A stretch of DNA of 61,818 nucleotides, filler included, from Fonticula-like sp. SCN 57-25 (GCA_001724245.1; 4 parts of 4 records of this genome joined end to end with filler, not necessarily neighbours in it); one strand, 5' to 3'. Shown: positions 25,178 to 37,664, counted from the first letter of the whole stretch. Notes: generated by a model not told the origin, from the letters alone. Translations and numbers: made by a program.

Positions 25178-26927
25178 CTATAACTTGTCGAGAGCAGCCT
25201 TGGCCTCGAGCGTGGCAAAGTGCTTGGGCCCGTAGCACATGGTCCTGATCTCTGCCGCGCGGCTGTAGCACTCGCGCTCCTCCTGCCTGTACCTCGCCAT
25301 GACCGCCGGCGACGCTCCGCCGCGCGACACAAGCTTGCTAAACGTCTCGCCCAGATTCCAGTAAAAATCGCCCTTTTCCGGGTGGTGCTCTGCGATGGCC
25401 GGGTTGTTTTCCATAATCTTGACGAGGCGGCGGAGCGCGGCGGCCGACTGCGGCAGCTGGTCCGTGCGGCGGTAGCAGTTGACGAGCGGCGCGTAGATGC
25501 CAAAGATGAGCACGTACGACGCGTGGATGAGCTTGGCCTTTTCGTAGGTCTTGACGATGCGCTCAAAGACGCTCGCGGCCTCGGCGAAGCGGCGGTGCTG
25601 GTAGAGCTCGTCGGCGTCGCGAATCATCTGCGCGCACTCAACGAGCGGCTCTTCAACATCATCGGCATCAATGAGCGTCTTGCAGTCGCTGCAGTGGTAC
25701 GCTAAGAGATAGAAAGACAAAAACTATCAGTAAAAATGAACCAAAATCATGCTGTTCATGCGCGTACCCTTGACGCGGCGGTCGTCCTGGCGGAGCATGT
25801 CGTCGGCGAGCGAGCCGCTGTCCGGCTCGTCGTCCTCGTTAAAGTACTCTTCCGGGATAGCAACCTCCTGCGTGCAGCGCGGGCACAGCGGAAAGTCGAG
25901 GAAGCGGTCCTGCGGGAAGGCGGCGTACGCCTCGTCGGTGCAGCGCGCGCACTGGCACATAAAGTGCTTGGTCTGGAAGAGCTCCATGCGGCGCTGCTGG
26001 CGGCTCTGGAAGAGGTCGACATACGACACGGCGATCTCGCCGTTCGCCTTGATCGGGCGGATCGCGCGCAGCGCCATGCGGCCGTGGCCGATGGACGAGA
26101 AGACGGCGTTGGGCACGCAGCTGTGCGACAGCAGGCCAAAGATCGGGAAGAGGCCCGCGCCAAAGTTGCTGTTGCGGCCCTCCATGTCGGGCAGGCCAAA
26201 CGACGTCAGGTTGATGCGCAGCGCAGTCTTGAGCAGCTGATCGACGTCGTAGCCGGCGAACGAGCCTTCCGCGTCCTCCGCGAGAACAGCCGCGGGCAGG
26301 TGCTTGCGCGCGGCCTCGATGAGGCCCTCGCCGCCGCGGCGGATGCCAAAGTGCCACTCGGACGGGAACGCGTCGGCGTCGGCGTGCAGCGTGCCAATGG
26401 CCTTGAGCGCGAGGGCGCGGCGGGCAAGGCGGGCGGCGGCGGCGGCATCGAGCGAGTCGGGCTGCGCGCCGCGCACCTCGGCGGCGGCGAGCATCACTTG
26501 CAAAAGAATGCGAAGCATGTTGACGTCGGTTCCCGCGCTTTTGGCGACGGCGGGCAGCTCGGCAAAGAGCGCACAGCGACCCTGGTGGTGATCGCGCAGC
26601 TTGGCGCGAGCGCATCCCGCGCACACCGACCACAGCTGGCATCCCTTGCAGTTGATCATCTTGTCGTGAGGCATGAAGCACTCGTGGCAGTAGCTCGCAG
26701 TCATGTCGGTGTCAGCCAAAACCACGGGGATCCCCTCATCTTCAACGATCAGATCGCCAACGGCAAAGGCTGAAACGGCGCGCAGGATACGACCCTTGCC
26801 GTCCGCATGACCGACCTGTGCGCGCGGGCGGTCGTGAGCGGCGGCAGACGAAAGAGAACAAAAAAGATCGTACCGTCACCTTCCACTCGCCGAAAATTTC
26901 GTTGGGGTACTCTTCGTTGATCTTCAT
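25178..26927 (-). CDS. SMYD-family SET-MYND-TPR protein, paralog A
   Basis: GKGRILRA, a MYND-like Cys cluster, GAGLFP..LLSHSCVPN, EIAVSYVD, post-SET HFMCQCARC and a TPR-like tail. Confidence 0.88.
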
Positions 26928-27528
26928 CGTGGCCGCTGCGCGATTACTGAACAGTGCCACGTCGGCACATCGCCGCGATTTATTTCTGCCCTATATCCAT
27001 GCAAGCCCGATCGTCTGAAAGAGCCAAAATTCCCATATATGGTAAAGTATGACAAACGCAGATTTCCTTTTTAGGGTATTTTGCACTTGTTGCCACGTCG
27101 ACAATCCGAGGTCCACGTGGATGAAGACCAACAGGCCGTGCATGGACGGAAGAAATTCCGAGGCCGCGCCCTTGAGGCTGCGAGCCGCGAAACCACGGGA
27201 TAGCTTCGCATTGTCAAGCTATTTTGAATAGCAAGTTGGTCAAAAATGTTTAATATTGGACGATCTCTGATTTGCGTGAACGATTTGCTCGGATGGCCTG
27301 ATCGTGACAGAGCAGTTTCAAGAATCAGCTCGCGCTGCATTCACAGATCCCGAAGAGACAGCTCGATATGCTGACACACTTTGCGTGAGCCCACCTGCGA
27401 TTACATTCTTCTGTGACTACTTTAAGACGGTCCTTGGCCAATCATTGTCGCTAAAAAAGCATGTATTACACGGAGATCATGAGGTGTGAGGAGCCTAAAA
27501 CATATTTATATACCGCCAGACAGCGGCC

Positions 27529-29553
27529 TCAGACGCTGTTCATGGCCTTGAGCGCCTCGGCCGTCGACGCGTCATCGGCACCAAAGCACACAGTGCGAAT
27601 AGCCGCCGCCTTGGAATACGCCTCGCGCGCATCCTGGCGGTACCGCATCTTTGCCGACTTTGGCGTGCGATCATTGCTGCGCTCGTACAGCATCTGGTAC
27701 GTCTGGCCAAGATTCCACAAAAAGTCGGCCTTTTCCGGGTGGTGCTCTGCAATGGCCGGGTTCGTATCAAGAATATCGAGGATGGAGCGCAGCATGGCGG
27801 CCGACTGCGGCAGCTGGTCCATGCGGCGGTAGCAGTTGACGAGCGGCGCGTAGACACTGTAGACCAAAAAGTAGGTCGCGTGGATCTGCTTGCCCTTTTC
27901 GTACGTCCTGAGGATGTGCTCAAAGACGCGCGCGGCCTCGGCAAACTTGCGCTGGTGGTAGAAACCTTGGGCGGAGCGCATTTCCTGCGCGCAGTCACGG
28001 AGGGGGCGCTCGACAATGGCGCCGTCAAACTTGGCCTCGCAACCAATGCAGGCATACGCTGCGGTAAAAGAGTTAGTAAAAGAGGGTGAAGAGAGCTTGT
28101 GTGCGTACACTTGACGCGCCGCCCGTCTTGACGAAGCATGTCACCATCGTGGTCATGGTTGCAGCTGCCGCCGTCGCCGTGCGAGTGGCCATGATCGCCA
28201 TGCGAGTGACCATGATCATCATGATCACCATGCGAATGTCCATGATCTCCATGAGAGTGGCCATGATCACCATGAGAGTGACCATGATCGCCATGGGAGT
28301 GACCATGATCTCCGTGATCACCATGGGAATGACCGTGATCACCGTGGGAATGACCATGATCGCCATGAGAATGGCCATGATCACCATGCGAGTGGCTGTG
28401 ATCACCATGCGAGTGTCCATGATCACCATGACCATGATCATCGGTGCACGCGTCCTCACCATGACCCTCCTCCTCCTCTTCAAGGAATGACTCAGGGAAG
28501 GCGACGTCCGCCTTGCACTTGGGGCACAGCGGGTAGTCGAGGAAGCGATCCTGCGGGAAGACGTCGTACTGCTCGTCATCGCAGCGCGGGCACTCGCACA
28601 CAACGTGCTTGGTCTGCATGAGGTCGTCGCGGCGCTGCTGGCGGCTCTGGAAAATGTCGACGAACGCGGCGGTGATGCGATCGCCGGCGTCGATGGGGCG
28701 GAGTGCGCGCAGCGCCATGCGGCCATTGTCGAGCGACGAAAAGACGGTATTGGGAAGGCAGCTGTGCGTCAAGATGCCGAGAATGGGGAAAAGGCCGACG
28801 CCAAAGTTGCTGCCGGGCGCGTCCTTGTCGGCGAGCCCAAACGATGTCAGGTTGATGCTGATCGCCGTCTGGACGAGCAGCGCCACATCGTAGCCGGCAA
28901 ACGTGCTCTCGGCGTCGTCGGGCTGGACGAGGTCGGCAAGCTGCTTGCGGGCGAGCTGGATGAGCGCCGAGCACGCGAGGTGCATGCCGCGGTACCAGGT
29001 CGGCGGGTACGCATCGGCATCCGCCTGGAGGCACTGGAACGCCTTGAGGGCCAGCGCGCGGCGGGCGAGGCGGGCAGCTGCATCGGCATCGGCGGGCTGG
29101 GCGGGCGCGCGGCGCACTTCGGCCGAGGCGAGCATGACGTTCAAAAGGAAGCGCAGGAGGTTGGGGTCGGTGCGGCACTTTTCCGCGAGCGCGGGGAGGT
29201 CAGCGTAGATGCGGCAGTGGGACTGGTGATCGCGGAGCGTGGAGCGGGCGCATCCGGCGCACGCCGACCACATCTTGCAGCCCTTGCAGTTGATCATCTT
29301 GGCGTGGGGCATGAGGCACACATGGCAGTAGCGATCGGCAGAGTCGGGGCCCGTCAGCACGATCGAGATGCCCTCGTCCTCCACAATCAGGTCACCAATG
29401 CCAAAGACGTCGGTGGCGCGCAGCGAGTAGCCCTTTTCCTCCTCATACACCACCTGAAAAGAGGTGGTGTAAGCGACAGTCGGGCGGGTTGAAGTACAGT
29501 ACCTTCAGGTTCTTTCCCTCCAAGATCGCTTCGGGGTACGCGCCCTCGGCCAT
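27529..29553 (-). CDS. SMYD-family SET-MYND-TPR protein, paralog B, with His-rich insertion
   Basis: Collinear tandem paralog of 25178-26927, with LTHSCLPN, ITAAFVD, CECPRC and a (GDHGHSH)n insertion. Confidence 0.88.
28143..28443 (-). repeat. Coding 21-bp tandem repeat encoding (GDHGHSH) about 11 times
   Basis: Directly visible in the ORF 27540..29453 translation. The units have synonymous codon variation. Confidence 0.95.
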
Positions 29554-29914
29554 GTTTGGCACACACGCGCACACGGAATCGCGGGCTATCAAATTACGTC
29601 TCTGCCATCCTCAGATCAAATAGTCGCTGATAGGAAAATCATAATTGAACTGGTTACTATTGTGAGACGATTCTGGGCTTGAAGATCAGAGTGAACTCTT
29701 GCACAGATCAGACATATTATATTTAGCTGCGCCTATAACCGCACACGTCTCTGCTGCTATAGCCAACGCCTCAAAGCGGAAAAAAAAGCGGTACCTGCAC
29801 GAGCAAGCCCCCTTTGGTTCCTCGGCCGGTCCCCTTCTCCCCTGTCCGACACAAGGTCACCACCGCCTCGTCACCTGTGACAGCAGTGTGCACACGCCGC
29901 CATCGCTCGACAAG

Positions 29915-31102
29915 ATGCGGTCGTTGATCGACCTGATCAGCCTGAGCTCAACCAGCGATAGGGCCCGGGTACGCTGCATTTGAGAAGCATTTACATGACT
30001 AGAGCTAACAACTATACATGCGTATTTAGTTTGTTTTGCTGCGCGGCAATGGAGAGCCCAACACTGTTCGGTTCAAGCTCGATCCTGGCGAGCGCACTCA
30101 GCCCGTTCTGTGGATCAACTATGCAGAGGATAAGCCGTGCGTCCCCGGGATCTCGCAATTCCATACGTAAAACTAACATGTTAAATAGATTTGATCGCCA
30201 CTCTTACACCAAGCACGAGTTTACGCTGAGCGAAGACGGCACGGCGGTCACCGACGTGATCTTTACGTCGCCCGGCGTCTTCCGCTTCTATGTCACGTCG
30301 AGATCCGGCGATGGCGGAGGCGAGTCCCACGAAGGCCACTGCATCGTCCCCCCTCAGTACGCCATTTTCTCGGTTAATGCACTTTTCCGCTTGCTGATGC
30401 CCTTGTCTCGCATCAGGCTCACCATCAGGGGCACGCTCCTGCCTCTCGAGGGAATCAACCTCATGACGGTCATCCCCAAGTGCCTCGGCACCATCGACCA
30501 ATGGCCCGACCAGTTCCGCGAGCTCGGCCGCGTCGGCTACAACATGATTCACTTTGCACCTCTTCAGGAGCGGTACGATCCGACGCACGTGTGCCATTCT
30601 TTCTGATTTCGATCCCCTGCAGCGGCCTGTCCGACTCGCCCTACTCGATCTACGACCAGCACTCGCTCGACAGCAGCTTTTTCACCCACCTTCCTTCAGT
30701 TCCCGACAGCCGCACGCGCCTCAACCTCATGGGCCAAGTACGTCCTTTTTCTTTCTTTTTTCATGTCATTTTCTGACGCGCTTTCCTAGATGGTCGAGCA
30801 GCTTGAAGAAGAGTGCGGCCTTTTGAGCATGGTCGACATGGTCTTCAACCACACCGCCGCCAACTCTGCGTGGCTCTCTGAGCACCCCGAAGCCGGCTAC
30901 AGCCTCGCGAACCACCCGCACCTCAAGCCCGCCTTTGCGGTCGACGAGGCCATCCGCCACTTTTCGGCGCGCCTCGACCGCGAGTTTGGCCACCTCGCCG
31001 ACATCCAGACACCCGACGACATTTCTAAAGTACTTGAGTTGTTTGAACATGAGGCGCTTCGCCCGCTGCGTCTTTGGGAATATCACATGATCGACGTTGA
31101 AT
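29915..31102 (+). CDS. AGL: Glycogen debranching enzyme, 5' part (truncated at contig end)
   Basis: GYNMIHFAPLQER|GLSDSPYSIYDQ, DMVFNHTAANSAWLSEHPEAGY and LRLWEYH. Start codon tentative. Confidence 0.9.
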
Positions 31103-31105
31103 GTA

Positions 31106-31289
31106 CGCATTTTCATGATGTTGTTCTTATGACACTTTTGTGCATTTTCATGATATTGTCCCTGAAACTGCCACTTTGTCTGTGCATTTTCATGATATTG
31201 TCCTTAAACTGACACTTTTTATGTGCATTTTCTTGATATTGTTTTTAAATTTGACACTTTTTTCTGTGCATTCTCATGATATTGTCCTT
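31106..31289 (+). repeat. Intronic ~41-bp minisatellite (TGCATTTTCATGATATTGTCC...), about 5 copies running into the gap
   Basis: The core GCATTTTCATGATATTGT recurs with a ~35-42 nt period. Confidence 0.85.
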
Positions 31290-31389
31290 NNNNNNNNNNN
31301 NNNNNNNNNNNNNNNNNNNNNNNNNNNNNNNNNTTAATTAATTAANNNNNNNNNNNNNNNNNNNNNNNNNNNNNNNNNNNNNNNNNNNN
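31290..31389. other. Artificial contig spacer
   Basis: Same N/TTAATTAATTAA/N structure as 15678-15777. Confidence 0.97.
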
Positions 31390-32034
31390 CGCAGGGGCGG
31401 AAGTGGCCGTCGCCGCCGCAGATGGAGCTGCAAGCAGGCGCAGATCGGTAAAGTAAAAGGCCGGCGCTGAATGCGTGCGTGAGACGCGGCAGGAGTGGAA
31501 CAGGCAATGTACCGTCGGGAGCGTCGACGCGGGTCATGTCGACGAGGCAGACTTCGCTGTGGTTGGCGAGCGGCGTCTTGACACCTTTCTGGAGCGCAAC
31601 GCCGTTCACAAATGTGCCGTTCGTGGAGTGATCCTCAATGAAAACCGCGTCGCCCTCGCGCACGAAGCGCACATGCTGAGGAACGTGGTCAGCGAACTTT
31701 ATGAAATCAGCGCACGAACCTTGTTGCTGATGAGCTTGGACGGGAGCCGGTATGCGGCATCGAGCTCTATTATACAGTTGGTTAGTCAAAAAAGGACACT
31801 TATGCCGCGTACCCTTGCTGCGGCCAAGCCAAACAGAGTCTTCCGACAGCGTAATGTTTGGAAACTGCCCGCTGTTGACAGCAAGCAGGCGGCCCCATGC
31901 GTTGTTTGGCGAAGGGGAAGCGCGAGGCCCCTGATCTGAATGGCACAAAAGGTGAGAACAGCAGAAAATATAGTCAACGAAAGAGTATACGCACTGCGCT
32001 CTAGCACAATTGTCTGGTCGAGATCGCCTCCCAT
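31390..32034 (-). CDS. FHA-domain protein 5' part (Chk2/CHFR-like), truncated
   Basis: AWGRL...VWLGR, IEDHSTNGTFVNG and AFYFTDLR. No downstream domain lies in the contig to decide between kinase and RING. Confidence 0.8.
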
Positions 32035-32257
32035 GGCGGCGGTGGCGCAACGGTACAGGGCAGTCCGATTAACGTTGTGTCAGCATAACTCCCGCCAGTT
32101 TGCTCCGAGTTTGCTGAGGGGGATCGCACGTAACGCACTCTCTGCCACATCTTGAGAAGCTGTGACCATTTTATTCGTCACAAGCAGAGCAGAAGCGGGG
32201 GGTGAGCGCGCGCGGTATTTAGCCTTGTTTATTATACTTTAATTTTCTTTTTTGTGA

Positions 32258-32590
32258 ATGGAGGAGATCACCAAGGTCATCGGGGTGCGGCTGGTGGAGG
32301 AGGCGAACGAGATCGAGGTCCTTGTATTGGATGAGTACGTCTCATTCGAATTTGCATGTGTTTCTGACGTGCTCGAGTGCAGCGAAGGAAATAGGCAGTG
32401 GCTTCCGTCGAGTATGGTGGCCGCGTATGCGCCCATCCTTCTATTGGAATTCTACGAGAGCAAGTGCGTGTTCGAGTCCAGCTTAACGGACGATGCGCTC
32501 GCCAAAGTACGTGCCGAGTACTCCAAGCATGTTTCTTCGTCTGCTTTTCCATTGTCGATTCCCTCGTCGCAGTCATCCGAATCGCCGTAG
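32258..32590 (+). CDS. Stand-alone chromo-shadow-domain-like protein
   Basis: After removing the in-frame intron 32335-32382: TKVIGVR...IEVLVLDD...WLPSSMVAAYAPILLLEFYESKCVF, resembling the HP1 CSD (EKIIGA...LVPA...CPQVVISFYEERLTW). Confidence 0.65.
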   Translation: MEEITKVIGVRLVEEANEIEVLVLDEYVSFEFACVSDVLECSEGNRQWLPSSMVAAYAPILLLEFYESKCVFESSLTDDALAKVRAEYSKHVSSSAFPLSIPSSQSSESP

Positions 32591-32937
32591 GCATCGCGCG
32601 TCATGCGGCCAGTTGGCGCGCTTTCTGTGCATCGGTCTCATGCCGAGCCGACTTTTGTGTATTAGTACTAAATTATCTTTGTGCCATTGAATAAGAATGC
32701 AACGCATCTCGATTTGTGCTTATCTTTTGGTATAACTATGTGCCGTATGTTCCAGACAACTCCTGTATTGCTGGTGTTCACAAAACCGAACCACATATCA
32801 AGCGATTGAGACAGCGGCGAGGATGACACGGAGAAGTAAAATTTCCACATCGCGCAAATCACCCAACAACACAAAGAGAAAAAACTTCATACATATTACA
32901 TTTTGATGCAGATGCCTCGGCCAAGAGCGGCGTCTAT

Positions 32938-33562
32938 CTAATAGGCGCTCGACTGGCGGTCGTAGTTGGCACCCATGGCCTTCTTGAGCTGCTTGACGAG
33001 CTCGTCCTCCTTGAGCTCATCAGCGCTGTCGACACCGACCTGGACGGCAAAGTCCTATGCATGGGCGTGAGTATTGGGTACGGTAAAATATGTCCGAGGC
33101 GCTGCAACAGCGTACCTTGACGATGCGCTTGACATCGGCGACGTGCACGCTAAGGCGGGCCTTGCGGAGAACCTTGATGTTCGGGCCGGTGTAGGTCACA
33201 AAGAGGAACTTGGCGCGCTGGCTGAGCTCGTCGTTGCCGATCATGAAGCGGAGGTAGCCATAGGCAGCCTATCGACGCACGAGGGTTAGGCACACGCCAA
33301 GAGCGATCATATGAAAATGCGCACGGTCGAGTTCTCAAGGGCAGCCTTGAAGCCCTCGAGGCCGTCCGAGCCGGTGGCAGCAACACGGATGGTGTTGGAG
33401 GTCTCATCGACGTAGTCGAGGAGGAGCCTAGCGGGAATGGCGGCTGATTAGCATCGCACGAGCAAGCGAGAAGCGGCAAAGGACGAACCAGTTGGTCTCC
33501 GTCTTGTCGTCACGGACATCGGCGTAAGCCTGAGCGATCGCGGCATCAGAAACGTCGGCCAT
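32938..33562 (-). CDS. Coactosin-like ADF-H protein
   Basis: AYADVRDDKTETNW, YGYLRF..GNDELSQRAKF, VLRKARLSVH and KKAMGANYD. Confidence 0.92.
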
Positions 33563-33985
33563 TGTGTCTAGGTTTTTCCTGCGGTGGTGGAGGGTCAGAC
33601 TGTGTGTTTTTTTTTTTCTTTCTTACTTTTAAAGACTCTGGCAAGGCCGAGAATCGTCTCAATTCATTTGGAGTTTTCCGAGATCCATTGAGAAACTAGT
33701 ACTAATGAAATCGGCATTTGAGACGATTCAAAGAATGCAACCAAGGTGATCTTTGACAGACCAATCAAAACTGTTGCATGCAGAACCAGAGCCAATCGCA
33801 ATCAACGACCGCCCACTGTTTGGTGCGGAATCTAGGGTGCACGGAATGCACCCGCAAACCGGTGGGCGGGCAGCCCACCCGCGCGGCGGGCTATACTTTA
33901 GACATGGCAAATGCACGAAAAGAGCGCAGGGGCAAACGAAAATCATATCAATTGAATAGCTTGAATACACTGGGTCGAACTTTGT

Positions 33986-34626
33986 CTATTGGCTGTCGTC
34001 GACTTCGACAATCATGGAGGCCTCCACCGCGCAATTGAGCGGCAGGTTGGAATACCCCGCGGCGACGCGCGTGTGCTTGCCGGCCTCGCCGAGCACGCTT
34101 ACCAAAAGGTCGGACACGCCGTTGATAACCGCCGGGTGCTGCGAAAACTCTGCTGGGCTGTTCACCAAGCCGGTCACCTGCACGACGCGCTTAATGCGGT
34201 CCAGGTCGCCGAGTTCGTGCTTGATGGTGGCAAGCAGGCCGAGTCCAATGCGCGCAGCCGCCACGTACGCCTGCTCGACCGTAAGGTCCTTGCCCACCTG
34301 TATCCGTGTGAGGCCACACGCATTTTGGGGCTGAGATCGCGCACCTTGCCCGTGATCAGCGTGCCAGCCTCGTCATAAGGAAGGTGACCCGACAGAAACA
34401 TCAGGTTGCCCGTGCGCACTGCCGACACATAGTTACCTACAAGCGTGTGAGCCTCGGAACTGGGGGTAGCTTGTTGCAGCGCACCTTTGGCGGGCGTCAC
34501 CGCCGGCAGACGGAGCCCCTTCTCGGTGATGCGTGCCTCGACGTGCACATACCGGCGAGTGGGCGCGACCACCACTACTGGCCTCAACGCCTGGCTGCTC
34601 CTCGCGCTCAGCATACGCAGTGCCAT
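33986..34626 (-). CDS. RidA/YjgF/UK114-family protein with mitochondrial-type presequence
   Basis: GNYV..VRTGNLMFLSGHLP, HPAVINGVSDLL and GKHTRVAAG..NLP..CAVE. The N-terminus is Arg/Ser-rich. Confidence 0.9.
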
Positions 34627-34795
34627 TCGACTGGATCGACCGTGGGACCCTGTTGTCGGTGTTGACAGGGCGGAATCACAGGCGATTTTACCGCAGACTC
34701 GCAGTCAGCCTCCATCCACGTGGCCCTTGTTCGGTTCGGTTCACGCGGATCTGTGCTTTTGACTACTGGAGTATCAAAGGCCGCGTCCGACAAAC

Positions 34796-36128
34796 ATGCA
34801 GCTTGCGTCTCGTCGCCTTGTTGCGGGTCTGCGCGCCCATGCAGGTTCGCATTTGCTTTGCCTCATTTGATTGACTCATCGCGCTCTTTTTTTTCATCTG
34901 AACAGCTGCGCCCGTCCGCTTTGCCTCGGCCTCCGCTGCTGCCGCCCCCACGCAGGCGGAAAAGGTTCAGGCCGTCGTCTACCCCGAGAATTACGAGGCG
35001 ACCCTTAGCACGGTTGCCGCGCGTGTCAATCTTCCCGCGACGAACCTGCCGACGCTGAAGCAGGCGCTCACGCACAAGTCGTTCCACCATGGCGTCCTCC
35101 CCCACAACGAGCGCATGGTTATCCTTGGTACGTTCCGTGTGCGACGGGTGCACTTTATGTTGCCTGTCTGTTGCCTGCGCTTTTCGGATGCTGACAATGC
35201 GATGCAGGCCAGTCGATGCTCCGCATGATTGTGATCGAGCATCTGTACAACAAGTACCCCAAGTTGCCCGCCGAGGCGCTCCACAGCGCGCTCGAGATGT
35301 ACGCCGGCCCGGAGAGCTCGGCTCAGATCGCCCGGTCTCTCGGCCTCAACCACGTCACCCTTTGGGCCCCTATTGTGCGCTTTTGCCCGCTGCCCGCTGC
35401 ATCTCGCGTGGCTGACCATTTCTATAGGGCACCGAGGAGGAGCAGCGCAAGGCGGAGACGAAAATTCTTATGAACGCCGTTCGCGGTGTCGTCGCCGCCA
35501 TCTACCACGAGCGGGTACGGCGCCCGCCTTTGCCAGTCACCGGTTCTCACCCGCTGCGTAGGGAACGGCCGGCGTGCGGGAGTTTGTCCACGGCCACGTG
35601 CTCTCACGGGCGATCGACGCCGGAGCCGCGCTCGAGCTGGGTGAGCCCAAGCGCCTTCTTACCGCGCTTCTGAAGCGCCAGAACCGCGCGCCCGCGCAGT
35701 CAAGGTGCGGCGCGGTGTGCGCGAAATGCCTTATCTAACCGTTTCGTGTGCAGGATACTCAAGGAGACTGGTCGCAACTCGCACGCTGCCATGTTCCTTG
35801 TCGGCGTCTTTTCTGGCGAGGAGCAGCTCGCGACTGGTGCGATATCTTGTTTTTTTTAAGCTTGAAACTAAACAATACGCGATATTTGTAGGCTCTGGAC
35901 AGAGCATCAAGGTCGCTGAGACAGTGGTGCGTGCATCAATTTGCAAATGCTCTCGTGATATCTGACCTTTTTGCCCTTCTTTTTCTTCTTCTTTTCCTCT
36001 TTTTTCTTTTGCAGGCTGCCAAGAATGCTCTTCAGGCTCACTTTTTGAAGACGATTGACAACCCCCTCCAAATTGAGGAGGATAGCTTCGCCTCCGCGCC
36101 GCCGCAGGACACGCCGCCGGTCGTCTAA
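34796..36128 (+). CDS. MRPL44: Mitochondrial ribosomal protein mL44-like (RNase III-like + dsRBD)
   Basis: QALTHKSF...HNERMVILG, EPKRLLTALL, ILKETGRNSH..MFLVGVFSG and GSGQSIKVAE..AAKNAL. Confidence 0.82.
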
Positions 36129-36404
36129 GCATGAAACGCAAAACAACAAAAACTACATATTGGTGGAGCGCGGGAGGTCTCTGACAACAACCCCTTTTCT
36201 ATTCTTCTACTTGATTCATTGAATAAATCCGACATAGCTATCCGTATCGCCTCCATGTTAGAAATCACCATCAGAAAGGTTTTGAAAAACGCTGTGCGCA
36301 GAAATTAAAACCACAAAAAGGAGGAGAGCATAGTGTATAGCAGGTTGTATTTATATTTTAGCTAATGTGTAAAAGAAACAAAATTATGTCGCTTCAACAC
36401 ACGT

Positions 36405-36755
36405 TTACTCCTTCAAGGGCGCTACAGAGAAATCACGATTAAAAATCGGTCAAAGAATCGAGATGGAGCGTACCGTTGGTGCCCTGCTTGCCGTTCTCCC
36501 ACTTGGCGAAACGGAGCGACTGGCCATCGCGACGGAGAGCAGCAGCGCGGAACTGCTCCTTCACCGAGTTGCGGGTGATCTGTGCGCAGATGTTCGCGTA
36601 CTGGACGTAGCTGGAGGCAAAAACAATCATCATTAGTATGTCTTTTCTTCCTGTGCCTCTTCTCCTTTCCCTCTTTTTTTCGGTCTCCGCGCTACCCCCA
36701 ACCCAAAGAATAGCGGAACGTACTTGAGTCCGGCAAAGCGCCACGCAGCAGCCAT
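36405..36755 (-). CDS. ATP5F1E: Mitochondrial ATP synthase epsilon subunit (3 exons)
   Basis: MAAAWRFAGL.YVQYANICAQITRNSVKEQFRAAA...KWENGK. Confidence 0.92.
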
Positions 36756-36991
36756 CTTGATTAGCACGTTGGGAGCTCAAAGGACAAGGTCGAAAAGGCC
36801 GGCAAACCAAGTGAAAAGGCGAGCCGAAATGCCCAAATCCGGTCATTTTAGCCATAAATGGCAATTTTCTTGAAATCTGGGCCAGAGTCGCAGTTTGGTG
36901 ACTGTAGGCGCCGCTGCAGGAGCCTCACATCGGGCATCCGGCATCCATCCGCAGCCGCTGAGCGTTTGCAGGGGTCATCCGGCAGAGCACC

Positions 36992-37432
36992 ATGGCTGAA
37001 ATCGGTGCTGCGTTCGTGCAGCACTACTACACGACATTCGATGCCAACCGCGAGAATCTCGTGAGTCTCTATGCGGATTCGTCGATGATGACCTTCGAGG
37101 GCACCCAGTGCCTGGGCGCCGCCGCCATCGTCGAAAAGTTCAAGGTACGATTTCCGCGATTTTACTCTATGCTGGTACAGTGGCTTACGCAAACCGTTTG
37201 CTCTGTTGCGTTTCTTTAGTCTCTTGGCTTTAAGAAGATCATCCACCACATTTTGACGCAGGACGTGCAGCCGGGCCCTGCCAACACGCTCGTCATCCTG
37301 GTGACTGGGCAGTTTGTCGTTGACGAGGACCTCGACAAGCCTTTCTTCTTCACCCAGCTCTTTACCCTTGTTTCGAGCGGGTCGAGCTACTATGTTCAGA
37401 ATGACGTTTTCCGTCGCGTGTCGATCACGTAA
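36992..37432 (+). CDS. NTF2: Nuclear transport factor 2 family protein
   Basis: IGAAFVQHYYTTFDANR...MMTFEG...DVQP...VTG...FTQLF...YYVQNDVFR. Confidence 0.9.
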
Positions 37433-37664
37433 ATGGTGGTAGGCGTGCAGCCGACGCTTTATTGTTTGCGTCAGCTTGCAATGTTTGCTATATTTCCGTG
37501 CCGCTTTGTTTTCGTCCAGTCCGTTCGTTGGGCGACCTTTTCTATTTCGAACGATTCTACATGTAAATCAATGGGCTGCGATATCCCTCCGTTTTATAAA
37601 TTACTGTTGTTGTGACCTTCTATTGCATACATACTCAAACACACCTATGAAAAGTGAATGCGAC

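Noticed and set aside
31106-31289. Periodic ~21-nt core with variable spacers as a CRISPR-like array
   Set aside because: The spacers are homologous to each other (a minisatellite), the repeat sits in a eukaryotic intron, and there are no cas genes.
33986-34626. RidA-family gene as a recent bacterial transfer
   Set aside because: It has native-style introns, host-like codon usage and a mitochondrial-type presequence, and the family is widespread in eukaryotes.
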